From NCBI GenBank assembly GCA_008632985.1, contig QPGO01000204.1, positions 1 to 64,000 of the forward strand: 64,000 bases of DNA. Reading direction: 5' to 3'. The position numbers and the translations under genes were made by a program. Below, in pieces: positions 51,686 to 64,000 of the stretch. The DNA comes from Psammoneis japonica (lineage: Eukaryota). Position 1 is the stretch's first letter; every line of letters starts with the position of its first letter. The notes beneath the pieces were generated by a model, which searched no databases, had not been told where the DNA came from, and was given only the letters and a program-made list of their open reading frames with translations.

Positions 51686-54462
51686 TGCAGGGTGTGCTGG
51701 AAATTCGAGTGGAGTGCCAGCAGCCATGCCTTTGGATGTGAATGGAAAGGAAACGCGAGGCATGCCCGCATCGCATGCACTCAACAACATTCCAGACTTG
51801 TGTTCGAGGAGTGTGCTCATGGAGACATCAAACAAACGGGTCTCCCTTGGGCTGGAGGCAGCCACAGTTTCTCTCTGTTGCACTCATGGGGACCATTTTT
51901 TTGTGCTGCTGGTTGCGCCTCTTAAGTTCTTGGCATGGCCTCAGGGGAGATGCACGTGATGAATCTTGGCTGAAGGGCGACAGACAATGCTGGGGGCAGG
52001 ATCCGAACATTCTTTTCTGAATCATGGCGCGTCTTCCAACGGGAGCTTTTGGTCCTTGTTTGGCATGTGGATCATGTGTCACTGGACGGTCTTGATGGCA
52101 CGAACCAATCGACTTCGACAAGTTTGGGTGCGGATGCAGAACAAAAAAAAGAGCTCGATTCCCCAGGCGAGTGCATCATCGTGAAATTGAGCAGCAGCGT
52201 GTCGCGTTTCATGGTGCTTTTACGCCATGTCGCTGCACACCGGACCAGAATGATGGAGACATGCGAGTCGATGCAGTTGTGCCTGCTTCTACCACTGCAT
52301 GCAATCTGCATGCCACCAACCATCGTGAGGGATGACCAGGGATGACGCTGCGCAAAAGGTGCCATCCACACTCTCTGTGCGAGAGGGACTCGGCAAACCT
52401 TGATTGATCCATGAATGGCCAACAAGACCAAAACAGCGGACCTGCCAAGTTGCACGCGTTGAACGGTGGCATGGACAGCAGCTCCAATGCCTTGGTCAGT
52501 CACTCGTCCTGCCAATCTCGGGCGGAAGACTCGTGAGTTTGCAGTTGACAAGGCAGAGATCTGCAAGACCAGTCAGCAAGCCAATGTTGGGCAAGCAACG
52601 TCTCGAGCGAGTGACAAGTGCTCACATCGAGAATGCGAGGCTGGCTTTGCATTCCAATCTTGTTGGGAAGCGAAGGCAAGTGTAACAGGTGCAGCTTCAC
52701 AAAGGCTTGGCATCAGCATGTCTCGGCAGGCACGGACTTGAGCTGCTTGCAACCAGAGAGACTCAGTCATTGAACCTCTGGGAGCCACTTCGCGTCTGAC
52801 GTCAAGGCTGCAATGTCCACATTTGAAAAATCGAGCGAAACATCCTGCCTTGCTCGTCGTGTTTCATTGTGGTGGCCAATCTCGCTCGTGACACGGGCTT
52901 GGCCCATGCGGCAAGAGCAAGTGTGGGGCTTGGCACAATTTTGACTCGCTGCAAGCAGAAGTGCAACACACGTTCAATCCGTTCAATGCGAGATTCTCTT
53001 CCATGGTAGAATTGTGGATTGTTGTGCTGTGTTTTGATGCACATTGGAGAGCGACACCCGAAATCGCAGTGTGGAAGCAGGAAAAAAGAGTTCTTGGCCA
53101 AGAGATGTCTTGTTTGGAGAATGCGAGCTGCTGTCGCCGCCGTTTGAGTCAATGCTTCGCCGGGTTGGGTGAGTGCTTGCCAAACGTTTTGACTGCTTTT
53201 GGTTGCTCTGCCAACCATCTTTCTTTGTTGTCAAGGCTTTCTCGGCGATCGGATGATCATTGAATGGAGGCGCGGGAGGAGGGAGAGGCCAGTGGATTGA
53301 TTTGTCTGCTGGGACTGCGAGCTTCGTTGGGGTTGGGACATTGAATGGCATCAAGATGGGGCAGTCGGCCTCGAAGGATTGCGTGGCCCTCTGAAGGCAC
53401 TCGTGGGTTTTGGGTGGTGGACGCAAAGGTCCACCTAGAATCGGGTCGCCACTGTCAGGCAACGACCGTGCGTCCGATTCTTGCTTGGGCTCCTGTCCGA
53501 CGCTTCTGCACTTGGCAACCCAGTGGTCCATTTCTTGTGGAATTTGCGACAAAGAGGGGTGTGGAAACTTGACTGTTGACCCTGTCTTCGAGTGGGACAC
53601 TTTTTCGTAATCTTGCTGCTTGCAAACGCATCGTGTCTGGGACCAAGAACGTGAAGCAAATTCCGATTTCTAAAGCTGCAGCAGCACATGCATTTCGGCA
53701 GAGGGGAGCATTAGCGGCTGGGGTGATTTGCCAAGGCTTGGGCACTGTCCAGCTCTCAAGAGGGACAAAAGCCTGTTTCCACATGACTCCAAACCAATGG
53801 CGTGACTCTTTTGCATTGAAGTGTTGAACCGGGACATCACAAAAGATCTGTGGACATGGACAGCTCGAAAACCATCATTCCACTTCTCTTGGAGCCTGGC
53901 AGATCTGGCCAAATTGATGAAGCAGGGAGTGTGTCATCTCCGTCACGAGGACACCAAGCATGGCAATGTGGGACCTCTTGCTGTGGCACTTGGCAGCTGG
54001 ACCGCACTGGACGGGACTGCTGCAACGAAGCAAATGAATGACTCGTGATCGCTTCCTGTTGCCTTTGTCAGTGACATTGAGTCGCTGTTTTGACGATGAG
54101 CAGCACTCTATGTCGCACATTGTGTCTTGTCAATGAGCATCTCCAGGTGACAATCAACAGGGTGCGTGGTGCCAAGCGGTGTGTTCTTTGAACACGCACT
54201 CATTTGTGATGATTTCTCATCATTGATCTGACGATTGTGGAGCTTGTCTTTCATGCTCTCTTCCTCCCCTGGGATTGCGTGACAGATCGCATGAACTCTC
54301 GGAACCGATGGGTTGTGCGACTTGACAGAATCGTCACTGTGAGTCGCACCAACTTAGTGTGGTTCGGGCATCAGAGACACCGACCTCGTTTGAGTTCTTG
54401 GGCGCATTCCGCGATTCCAGAGGTGAGAAAGAAGAACGGTTAGACAAGCTCCACGCAAACCT

Positions 54463-56376
54463 TTACAACATCTCACTCTCCATTGCATCCTCCTCCTCTG
54501 CGTTCACAGGGTCATCAGTCTTCAATGTTTTGGCTCCAATGCCATGAAGCTTGCACATCCGTTCATGTTTCCTCTGGTGTCGGATCTTTTCAATGGACTT
54601 CCGTTTCATTGTTTGAATGTTCTTTTTGACATTCTCATTGGACTTGGGAGGGGACCGCTTGAGCTGATGACGGGGTGTTGGTGCTTTCTTTCGTCGAAGC
54701 AACTCAAGAGCGAAAGGTTTTGGTTTGCCGGGCTCGTGGAACTCAAGCTTTCTCCTTTTTCTTGGAGCTTCCTTGGCTTCAATGCAACGTTTCAATGACT
54801 TGCGCCATTCATTCAAAGACGGCTTTTTGGCTTGCGACGAGCTTGTTCCAGGTTGGTCGTGGAGCGACGGAGTGCTTGTTTCAGGCTGTGTTTGGAGCGG
54901 CGGAATCCTGTTGCTTGCTGCGAGAAGTGTTTGGATCATCTCGGCAATCACTGCAATGCTTTCCACGGTGCTTTTCTTGGCGGGCATTTTCATTGCCAAG
55001 TTGTCGTTGCACTCACTCTCTTTGTCTGTGCCATTCAAGCAGGGAGTCGAGAATTCATAAAAATTGGGATGATGGGTGCTGAAAACGCCACCGACATCCC
55101 TCCAACAGTGGAGTTTGAAAAGGCTTCTGAAACAGTTCAACTTCTCCTCATTCTCGACACGGGTGCGATGTTGTCGGCAAGCGACCTGGATCCTCATGAC
55201 GGCGGCGACTTTCTTCTTGTGTTTGCGACTCTTTGCAATGAAGCTTTGGAAGGTGACCTGGACAGTTGCAGCAGCACCGTTCATCGCGGCAACTCACTGC
55301 AGGATGTTTTGGAAAGTGCAATGTTTTCGGCAAGCAACCTGGATCCTCACGACGGCGGCGAGTTTCTTGTCGCAGTTGCGGCGCTTGACAATGAAGCTTT
55401 GGAAGGCGACCTGAACAGTTGTGGCAGCAGCGTTCATCGTGGCAACACGTTGCAGGATGTTTCGAAAAGCGCGTTGGATTGTTTTGAGCGCGCTCACCTT
55501 TTCGTTAACCATGTTGAAGGCTGCAGGCATGGAATGGACAATCGTGGTTGACAAAACAGGCGATGGAGCCTCGATGAGGGCAATCGGATGGGTGGCGTTC
55601 CGGCGGATTGGACGAGCTTGAGTGTTGAGCGTGAAGCTTGCATTGAGTGGGAGGGAGGGCGTGCACTTTTTCCGATTGAATGCAACGTTGCATCTTTGGT
55701 TGGGTGTTTCCACATTCGTGGCAAAGTCACATGTTGATGGCTCGAGGATCGCCATCACATCGATGGATGGACCCGAGGATGTGTTGCTGCGCTTGAGCAA
55801 AATGTTCACTTGAACGCCTGGAGCGAAAATGCGAAGCTTCTTCTTGAGGTTGTCAATCACGACTTCTTCGAAATCGTCAGGACGCGAGTCGGAGGAGGAA
55901 GGCTTGAACACAAGCTCAACGAGAACCGAGTTTGTAGAATGAGAAACAGCAGCACTGTGGATCACACCAGACACAGTGGTGACCATTTTCTGCGTGTGGG
56001 TGGGAAGGATTTCCGCAACAGCTTGCGCAGTGGCTTCATTGGCGGCGGCAGGAAAAACGTAGATTTTCTCAACACGAGTCTTGACCACAAAACGAGCAAG
56101 ATTCTGAACGTGACATTTGAACCAAGGTGCGGTCAACTTAATGAAGAAGACAGTGTTGCCATTGGAGTGCGGAACAATCGAAAGAACTTCTTGAACAGTC
56201 GGGGCCAGATCAAGTTGAAACGTGCCGACTTGTTCATCGTCGAAAAGCTTCTTCAAAATCAACTTCAAAGCAACGAAAACCGAGAATGCGGCAATGTCAA
56301 CATTGCCGATAAAAGCAACGCCACCGGCAAGGATGGTCGCAAAGAGAACAACAAAGATCATGAGGGAGATCGACAT
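54463..56376 (-). pseudogene. IQ-motif-containing protein gene with an internal ~53-aa repeat and a premature TGA at 55294-55296
   Basis: Motifs TIQRAFR and RIQVACR (twice). The 360-aa and 273-aa ORFs are in frame, and the stop aligns with an Arg codon in the sister repeat. Confidence 0.55.
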
Positions 56377-57156
56377 GGTTGATGCTTGATGACAACAAAA
56401 GACGAGTTGTCCGTTTTGTGAGATGGAGTGGGAAAGCGCAAAGCGTGGAAGATGACATGAGCACTGGTGGCCACGTGGTTTCTACGCAGGTCCCAGAGAT
56501 CACAAAACCGGGACACGTTTTTTTTCTGTTGTCAAAACCTGACCAAAACACCGTTTGGCATCCCTCGGCGCCAATGTCAACACCGTTTTGGAGACTCATG
56601 ACGTGATCAACTGTTGCGATGCCGACAGGTGATGATTTGTGCTGTTGGTGCTTCCTGCGTGTCATCGTCTTACAACTTCTGCTGCCACAACAACTCAGGT
56701 CGAATGTTCTCGGCATCATTGCCCTGCAAACAGCTGCGCACTCTCTGCTGGTGGCGACTGGTGCAAAAAATGTCTTAAATCTCACGAACGCGATTCACAA
56801 ACATTTGATGGCATCACTCGATGAAAAACACAGCAATCCCAAATCAAATTGTCTCAGACTTTTCTAAAGAGATCTCCCTTTGGGTTTGTGATGGTCATTT
56901 CTCGTCAAAAGAATGCTCTGTGCACCCAAATGAAGTTCATTGATCATTTTCTCCCTTCGAGTTGTGATTGTCATGACCAAAATTTAAAAAAACAGCAATC
57001 ACGAGTAAAGCGCCACTCCGACTGAGTTGGTCGCGAACTTTGATTCGCTCGCCTCACTCCACCTCGATCAAAAGTCTCACAATCTGGAAATCTCCCATCG
57101 CCACCTCGCACACTGTTGCGCTGGTCGCGCCTTTCCCACCATCCTGCTCCACCATC

Positions 57157-58635
57157 ATGGACGACGCAACCAAAGCAACCAAAGCAAAGATCATGGAATT
57201 GATCGACGAAGGCACGGAAATGGCCAAAAGGGGCTCTGAGAAGTCTGCGCAAGACTGTGCAAAATCGATGCAAGACTTTGTAGAATCAATGCCACCCTTC
57301 CCCGCCAACATGGACACTAAAGCCAAAGATGAGATCCTCAAATTGTTCAACGATGGCAAGGAAACAGCCATCAGGGTCTCTAAGAAATCTCTGCAAGACT
57401 GTGCAAATTCGATGCCACACTTGACACAAAAGGTCAAAGGCACGTGCATTGCTGAGGAATTGCACGCATCACAAAATGAAGTTTGTCACAAAGCCGTCAA
57501 GGACTTCGTCTCGGCGCATGGTTCGTGCATCGACTTCCTCAAGAAATCCGGGTGCAGTGATGCAGCTGTCATGAAGTTCGAAGAAGCTTCAAAAGTGAGT
57601 GGCCTGCGTCTGTGAATGCATTCTCTTTCATCAACTCACGTTGCTGTCTTTGTGTTTGTTTCATGTTGCCACCAGTTGACGCTTTCCATTGTCGCGCCCG
57701 AACCCAATGATCGCCGCACAGCTCCCGCTCAAGCTCCCTCTGTTGCTGGTGTGACCACCACCGACGATCCGGCTTCCAAGTCCACGACTTTGACCCGTGG
57801 TTCTGACGAAGCTGTTCCTGCCAAGAGGGTGACCAACGCTGATGCGAAAGCTTTCGCCAAGCATGCCGAGCATTGCAGCAAACCCGGGAATCACATTCCA
57901 GCACCCGGTCAAGCTTCCTCCGTTGCTGCTGGCGGGACCACAACTGACGATCCAGCTGCCAAGTCCAAGAAAGCCAAGACTTGCGACATGACCAACGTTG
58001 ACATTGCACTTGATCTTGAAAGCTTCAAAAAGCGTCATGAGAAAGGACCAGAAGATGTTCGTAACATGGAATTTTTAGATTTCATTTTGCGCTTTGGGGA
58101 TTCGGATCGAATCAAAACAGAGGAAGACTTGGAGAGTCAGTTTGGCATCTTGCCTGAAAAAAAATGCCGCGCTGAGGATGTGAAAGCTTCGCAATTGGAG
58201 TGGTCTGAGGCTGAAAAGGCTGGCCACTGCCGAGGAGATGGCAACCAAGGGTGCTCCCCGATGCTTTTGCCAAGGCAACCGCCACACAACCGCATCGTCT
58301 TGAGCTCCAAATCCATCCTGCGTCCACTCGTGGGTCTTTTTGAATGCCAACGAACTGTCGTCGGACGAGACATCTCTCTGGAGGGTCCACGTGGATTCCT
58401 GTCCACATGTGACCTCCACTTCCACATCAAGAACACCAAAGTCTTCCTTGAAGTTTTGGGCTCATGGAAAATGCCAAAGGCTTTGCCGGCAGAGGTGAAA
58501 TGTAAGGAAGACGAAATTAAGCTTTACAAAGAGTCGGAAACCATTGACAATGAGGGGAACATTCGCGACTTCTTCGGTCACTGGAATGGACCTATTTTTC
58601 GTGCGGCCAAGTGTGAACAGCGAGAAGTTGACTGA
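57157..58635 (+). CDS. Hypothetical two-exon ORF (57157-57594, 57676-58635) inside the TA-erased domain
   Basis: An in-frame GTGAGT...CAG intron joins the 191-aa and 339-aa ORFs. Internal repeats are present (TKAK..QDCA twice, TTTDDPA twice). It is probably a mutated copy. Confidence 0.45.
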
Positions 58636-61599
58636 GTGATTCTGTTTAGAGGTGGATTGGCACAGCGTTGGGGGGCAGTGTCGAGTTCAGTGAGTGCATC
58701 TGTGTGTGGTGAAGCAACGGCGTCGCATCCGGCATCCGGTTCCCACTGCACCGTTGGATTTCTGTTGAAGGTCGTTTGACAATTTGCACAGGCAGTCATT
58801 GTTCAGAACAGCGTGCGCCAGTGCCAAACAGCAAACGTTGAGCTGCACTGCATGGGAGCCATTCTTCAGCAAACAGTGAGCACTCATCTTCAAAAGCATC
58901 ACTGTCATCCTGGAACAAAAGAAGTCGGCTTTCGATTGATTGCAGTGCAGCAGCTTTGTTGCCTCAGCTGCGCCATGAAATTCGCCACACGTCAAGCTCT
59001 TTGCCAGCTGCGGCAGCATGACAACACGGCTGCGAACCCGGGTCCCAGTGCCACAGCATTAAAAAAGCTGTTGCCCACAACAATGATTCGTTTCTTTTTG
59101 AACACGCACAAGTTCATTGTTCTGCTGAAAACAAGCTGCGGCACGCTGGTTCTCACAGACGACCACTTCGCATCATTTGCCACACTGGCATTGAGTCTGT
59201 CGGCTCCCTTTCTCACTTCTTCCCACCACGGTCACCACCAGTGCGACCCTCACATCCAGTTGTCATGCCAATGTCTGGCTGCAAACGCCAAAGATCGCAC
59301 ACAAACATGGTCCCAGCATTCGCTGCAGTCAGGTCAAACCCGGGATTCACAGGGCAGCTGCGAGCACATTCCATTGCAATCGACCAAAAGTGTGGCAGGA
59401 CGATTGGCTCCGTGATGAGGCTGCAGCACAAACCCATTCTCTCCGCAGCTCTAGAGAGAGCAGATGCAAGAAGTGGAGGTTCGTCTGTGGTGTGATGCAC
59501 AGAACTAAAGCACAGCTGGTGCAACTTGCTCTTCGTTTGATTGGACAAAAGCATTCACCGCAAGGCTCGTCATTGCAGACCAGTTGAGATGCATGATCGA
59601 GTCTCCTCGTGCCCAAGTTTAGATGGAGACGCACCGTGCGATGCAAGACTCCCCAACTGACAAGACCTTAGACTTGTGCCCTCTCCACGAGCGGGTGCTC
59701 CTGGACCAAGATGGCTGGTCATTGTGACCAGTCAAACTCATCGGTTTTCTTCTTGTCACTTTTCCATTCTTTGTTGAGACAGGAACCCTGATCAATGTGA
59801 TTCAAGAGACTGAGGATCGAACAAATGTCCCATCCTCTTTGTCTTGTCTCTACGGCAAAGCTGAAAGAGAGACTGCAGCACAACAGGAACGAACTTTGAA
59901 AGAGGTGCACCGCCCCAGCTGGAAGGATGCGCGCTGGATGACAAGTCACAGGCGACCAGTCGGGCAACGCTTGTCACTGTGTGTGTGGCACAAACCAAGG
60001 CTCCCATTGGCAATGACCATGTGGCGAATGAAAAACAGTGATTTTTGGGAAGTGGATGTCATACGGATTGAAGGCACACGGCCATGCACAAGAAACCAAA
60101 GTCCGACCAAATCCACATGTGTGGGCACAAAGCGCCCGCACTGATGCTGCAACCGACATGCGCCCTCGCACATCACCCAGCACTGCACATTGCAGACATG
60201 GGGTGACAAAAGAGTCCTCCGGGGAATTGCAATTTGGCATCATTCAAGGAGGGCAACGATTGAAAGCCCTGTGATTGGGCATGAGACTTTCTCGGAGTTG
60301 TTTTGGTTGCCGTTGAGGAAAGCAGCTTTTGGGGCAGGTTTGGATGCTTCTGGTTTTCCAGGTGTGGCAAAAGGAGGCCCATTGTGTGGAGCTGGTGGAT
60401 TTGTGGATGCAATCGTGCCATGGGGGTCAACAGTGCTGGACACTGCTTTTCCTTTGTGTTCCATCCTTGCAGCCGGACTGCCTCCACTTTTTGGGATTGC
60501 AACAAAGCCGAGGTGTCTTCCTTGACTGCAATCTTTTTCTCCGTTCCTTTTTGCGCTTGAGACTTTTTGAGTGGTTCCTTTTGGGCCTGCTCGGGTGAGC
60601 TTGAGCTCTGTAAACCACCGCTGTTTGACGAGGACAGAGAAGGCACTGCACTCTCACGAACGTCCTTTTTTGATGGACTCTGAAACATCTGGCATTCCAA
60701 CACCGCCCCATTTGGACATTTTCGTTCCAACAAGCTGCAAGGACTGAAGCGATGCGAGTGAAACACCAGAAGGATCTTGCACATCAGAAACTGCTTCTCA
60801 AATCCCTCGTCATCACAAACAACACCCGCGTAGAATTCGTTTGGATCCTTGGAACTCACCACTGCGCCCACACACACTGCAGTCCCAACAAATTCCCTTG
60901 TGCGAGACGTTCCCGGCTTGAGCAATGACGACAACGCAACTGTTGTAAGCGACCAAAAACATCATGCCAATGCGGGGGAAACACCTCGCTCGTACAATCT
61001 ACAGAGAGTTTCGTACAAAAAAATTCGAAAATTCAGAAACTCCCTCCAACACGGTCTGTCCATGCATCATGCGCCCACCCCCTTCTGGAAACTGCTGCTT
61101 CTCTTTGAAGCGCTTGCACTTGCTCCGCCAACACGCTCTCCGACTGCCATCCCCAAGAAACGCCCAGCTACATCCTCCCTTGCCTCTGCCAGTGCCCACC
61201 TCAAACTGTTCCGACAAGGCTGCATCTGCAAAAATTGTGTGATGTTGCATGCACTGCTGCCCCCCCCCCCCCTTCTCACACCACCACCACTCTCAAGCAC
61301 CTGACTTCTCTGCCTCCACATGGCCCAAGCATCCACCAGTGCTGACAACTTCGGTGCTGCCTGTCACCGTGTCACCCTCCAACCTCCCTGTTGCCACCAT
61401 TGATGACACCCGACTCCCTCTCATTCAGGCGCACTTCACCCCGCCAAGAAGAACACCATGACCACTGACACACGATGCCCCACTCCTGCACCATCCCTGC
61501 CTCCTGTCTCTGACAACAAGCTCCCAGCAGCTCTGAGCAAATGAAAACCTGGAACCACAGCCAGGCCATGCACTGACTCCACTGATCTCCTCAAAGGAT

Positions 61600-63600
61600 G
61601 CACCCCATTCAAAGCCACTGCTCCAACCAAGATGCATCTCTGCCCACACCTCCCCACCTTGAAAGCATTCTTGCTCCTCCTCCAAACAAATTCCATTCCA
61701 AATAAGATTCAACCCCTCATTGCTGCCAACTGCTTTGTTGCTCCACACAAGGACCCCAACAACCTTGCCAAACTTTGCCCATCGGCTGTGGAGCTGCAGT
61801 CTGCACAGCCGGTGTGCCTCACCATGACCACCAACACACCCATCATCACCCAACACCTGCTCCTTTATGGCCAACTCAGCACAGGCATCAACAGCGGCCT
61901 TGACTGCCTTGTCCATGTCACACATGCAAATTTTGAATGCTGCCTCAGCGCTGACACACCAACCCATGCCTTTCTCACCCTTTGCCTCTCCAACTTCTTC
62001 AATGTGACACCTGTCGAGAACTCCTCAAAACAGCACACCTGCTTCTGGCACCTCATCTCCATCTTCCACCTTTGCTGCAACACCCCCAATGCCCATTGGT
62101 GCTGCAACTCTGGTGGCTTCTGGCAGTCCCTGCCACAGCCCAATGGCTTTTCCCAAGGATGCCCACACTCACTTCTCCCTTTGCTGCTGTCATCCACAGT
62201 GTCATCCTCAAGAAACTCAATGCCAAACTCCACCAACAACTCCCTTCCTCTGACATCATGTCTGCTGCATTTCTCATTGATGACAACAGCATTTGGAAGC
62301 TGCCACACAGAGCTGGTCCCAAAAAACAGAGTGTGCCTCAACCGCTCCAAGACCCACACACTCACCTCTGTCTCAGGGACCAACCCCTTGCCAAACTTGC
62401 CCCCTGGCAAGTGCTGCCACAACAGGAATCTTTCGAAAATGACCCGTGACGTAAAACGCACAACACAATTGAGGATGTCTGCAGAATCCAAATGTTTTGC
62501 ACTGAAACTGTTGTGTTTGCACAATTTGTGCAAAAATGGACTTGACTTTTGTCGGGTCAGGCGCATTTTTGCAAATGTGTTGAAGAAAAATGCGCCTGAT
62601 CAGAAAAGAGTCACGTCTGTTTTCACTGAGGACAGACAGACAGACTTTTTGACAATTGTCTTGGCACTGTTCTGCACATTTCCAGATGAATGACTCTACA
62701 GCGTGAAAGATTGCTGTTGCCTTTAATGAGCCCTTGCTTTTCTCAACCCCACCAACAACCCTGCCCTCCACCCTGAAATTGCCACTGGCCTCCGCTTCCT
62801 TGGCCAACTCAACAGAAGCACTGACTTTGCCCACACTCACCTCCACCAAAAAGCTTCTGCTGTGTTCCATGCCAGCAATCTTGGCCAGCTCTCCTCCTGC
62901 CTCCACCACCCCCTCAAACCAAAAGCTCGCTGTGCCACATGTGTGCTGCACATGTGCCACCTCCTCACTTCACAAAAGGACCAGCGCCTCTGCAACACCC
63001 TCCTGCAACACCTTGCAGCACAATCACAGCCCTTGCTGCCTCACACTCAGCTCTTCTTGCACACCTCCCTGCAGCCAATGGCATCATCAGATGTCACTCC
63101 ATCTCCGCCTCTGTCATCCCCTTTCTCATCTCCCAACTTGCCCACTCCCTGTGATGTGCCACACATGGACCCATGGCCACCAACAACAACTCCCTCAAAC
63201 TTCCTTCCTTCTGCATGTGCTCCCTTTGCACATGGGCCGCTTCTTGCCACCCCCTGCATCTTTGCCAAGTCTTCAAACTCTGTGGCTTTGCCACAATGCC
63301 AATGCTTGACCCTGCTCCACTCTCCCATGCTGCTCTTGTCAAGACTTGCCTGCTCCAAAACCTCCTCCACTCTTCATGCCACGTTGACTTTCTCAATGCA
63401 ATGCATCCACCATCCCAAGCCAAGCTGATGCTTGTGTCTGATCATCAGGCACTCACTGGCCTGTTGAACCACACTCTGGCTGCATCATCATGGATTCTGT
63501 GGCACCAAGTTGGCAATTTTGTTGTCCCCAAGAAGCCACTGCAGCTCAGTGGGATGTCTGATGGCTTGACAACAAGAATCCTGGGATGGTTGTGAACTCC
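61600..63600 (+). mobile_element. Decayed CRE-clade-like non-LTR retrotransposon reverse transcriptase
   Basis: Motifs FVAPHKDPNNLAKLCPSAV (canonical AL.K...RPIAV), GQLSTGINSG, LCLSNFFN (D..N.FN), GFSQGCPHS (QGCPLS), FLIDD, LNRSKT and GLRFLGQ. Heavily degraded. Confidence 0.65.
62420..62719. mobile_element. ~300-bp MITE-like insertion with 15-bp TIRs inside the RT
   Basis: caacaggaatctttc (62420-62434) matches the reverse complement of gaaagattgctgttg (62705-62719) at 14/15 positions. The AT-rich interior interrupts the C-rich RT sequence, which resumes afterwards. Confidence 0.65.
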
Positions 63601-64000
63601 TCCATGGATTCCTTTGTTACTTCAACCATCTTCTCCTTGGATTTTGATCGTTGTTTGGACGTTTCTTTTTGACATGCCGGTGTTATTTCGTCATTCCGAA
63701 GGCACTGCTTTCGTGCACCATGCGGATAAATGTCCATTTTTTGTGTTTTGTTTCACCATCGCTTCAACTGAGTGCTGTGTGCGGTCGACGTATAGACTCT
63801 ACGATGGAGAGTGTTGGTGTCTCTGGTCATTTTTGTCATTTGCAACAAACGATTGACAGACTGTGTACAACAAGCAGTGCTAGATAGCATGTCCTGAGTC
63901 CTGAATCTGTTTGACAATCGTGCTGTGTATGCTGTGTTTGAATCATCACATCTGCCTTTCATCTGCTGCAAATCGAGTGATGTGGCTGTTTTGTTGGTGG

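Larger units (their letters stand above)
49050..63600. other. TpA-erased domain 4 (with TA-containing islands at 50129-50699 and ~60990-61020)
   Basis: TA is rare over ~14 kb, and 61.2-63.6 kb is also nearly CG-free. Confidence 0.8.

Noticed and set aside
52000..54300. Possible DIRS/other RT remnant on the minus strand (NDGFRAVHVHR, FTFLVPDTMRL)
   Set aside because: The motifs are too degraded to support a call without a profile search.
58700..61300. Numerous 60-250 aa Cys/His-rich ORFs
   Set aside because: They are the expected by-product of TAA/TAG loss, with no recognisable domain.

Overview
Eukaryotic genomic window, most likely from a diatom (short GT-AG introns, a CoDi-type Ty1/copia element, a bipartite signal peptide with an 'SAF' plastid-targeting motif). 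The left half holds apparently intact genes: a giant DOCK-family GEF, a beta-alpha-fused NAD(P) transhydrogenase, an S6K-like AGC kinase and cytosolic SHMT. It also holds one ~7.1-kb copia element. From ~33.6 kb onward the window is largely disrupted gene copies and mobile DNA: an NRPS-like A-T gene, ankyrin, MCM4, a PurE-like/SAICAR synthase, Ulp1, riboflavin kinase, a GH47 mannosidase, an IQ-motif gene, a CRE-like RT and MITEs. The main result is a regional, double-stranded hypermutation signature. In discrete domains (~1-1.3, ~14.4-23.0, ~35.9-40.0 and ~49.0-63.6 kb) TpA is almost erased and replaced by TpG/CpA (A>G / T>C at TA). Conserved Tyr become Cys or His, and the two LTRs of the copia element differ by TG<->CA swaps. 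This is the opposite direction to fungal RIP and is separable from CpG decay. It suggests an uncharacterised repeat- or heterochromatin-directed A:T>G:C mutator. All counts were made by eye and no database searches were run.
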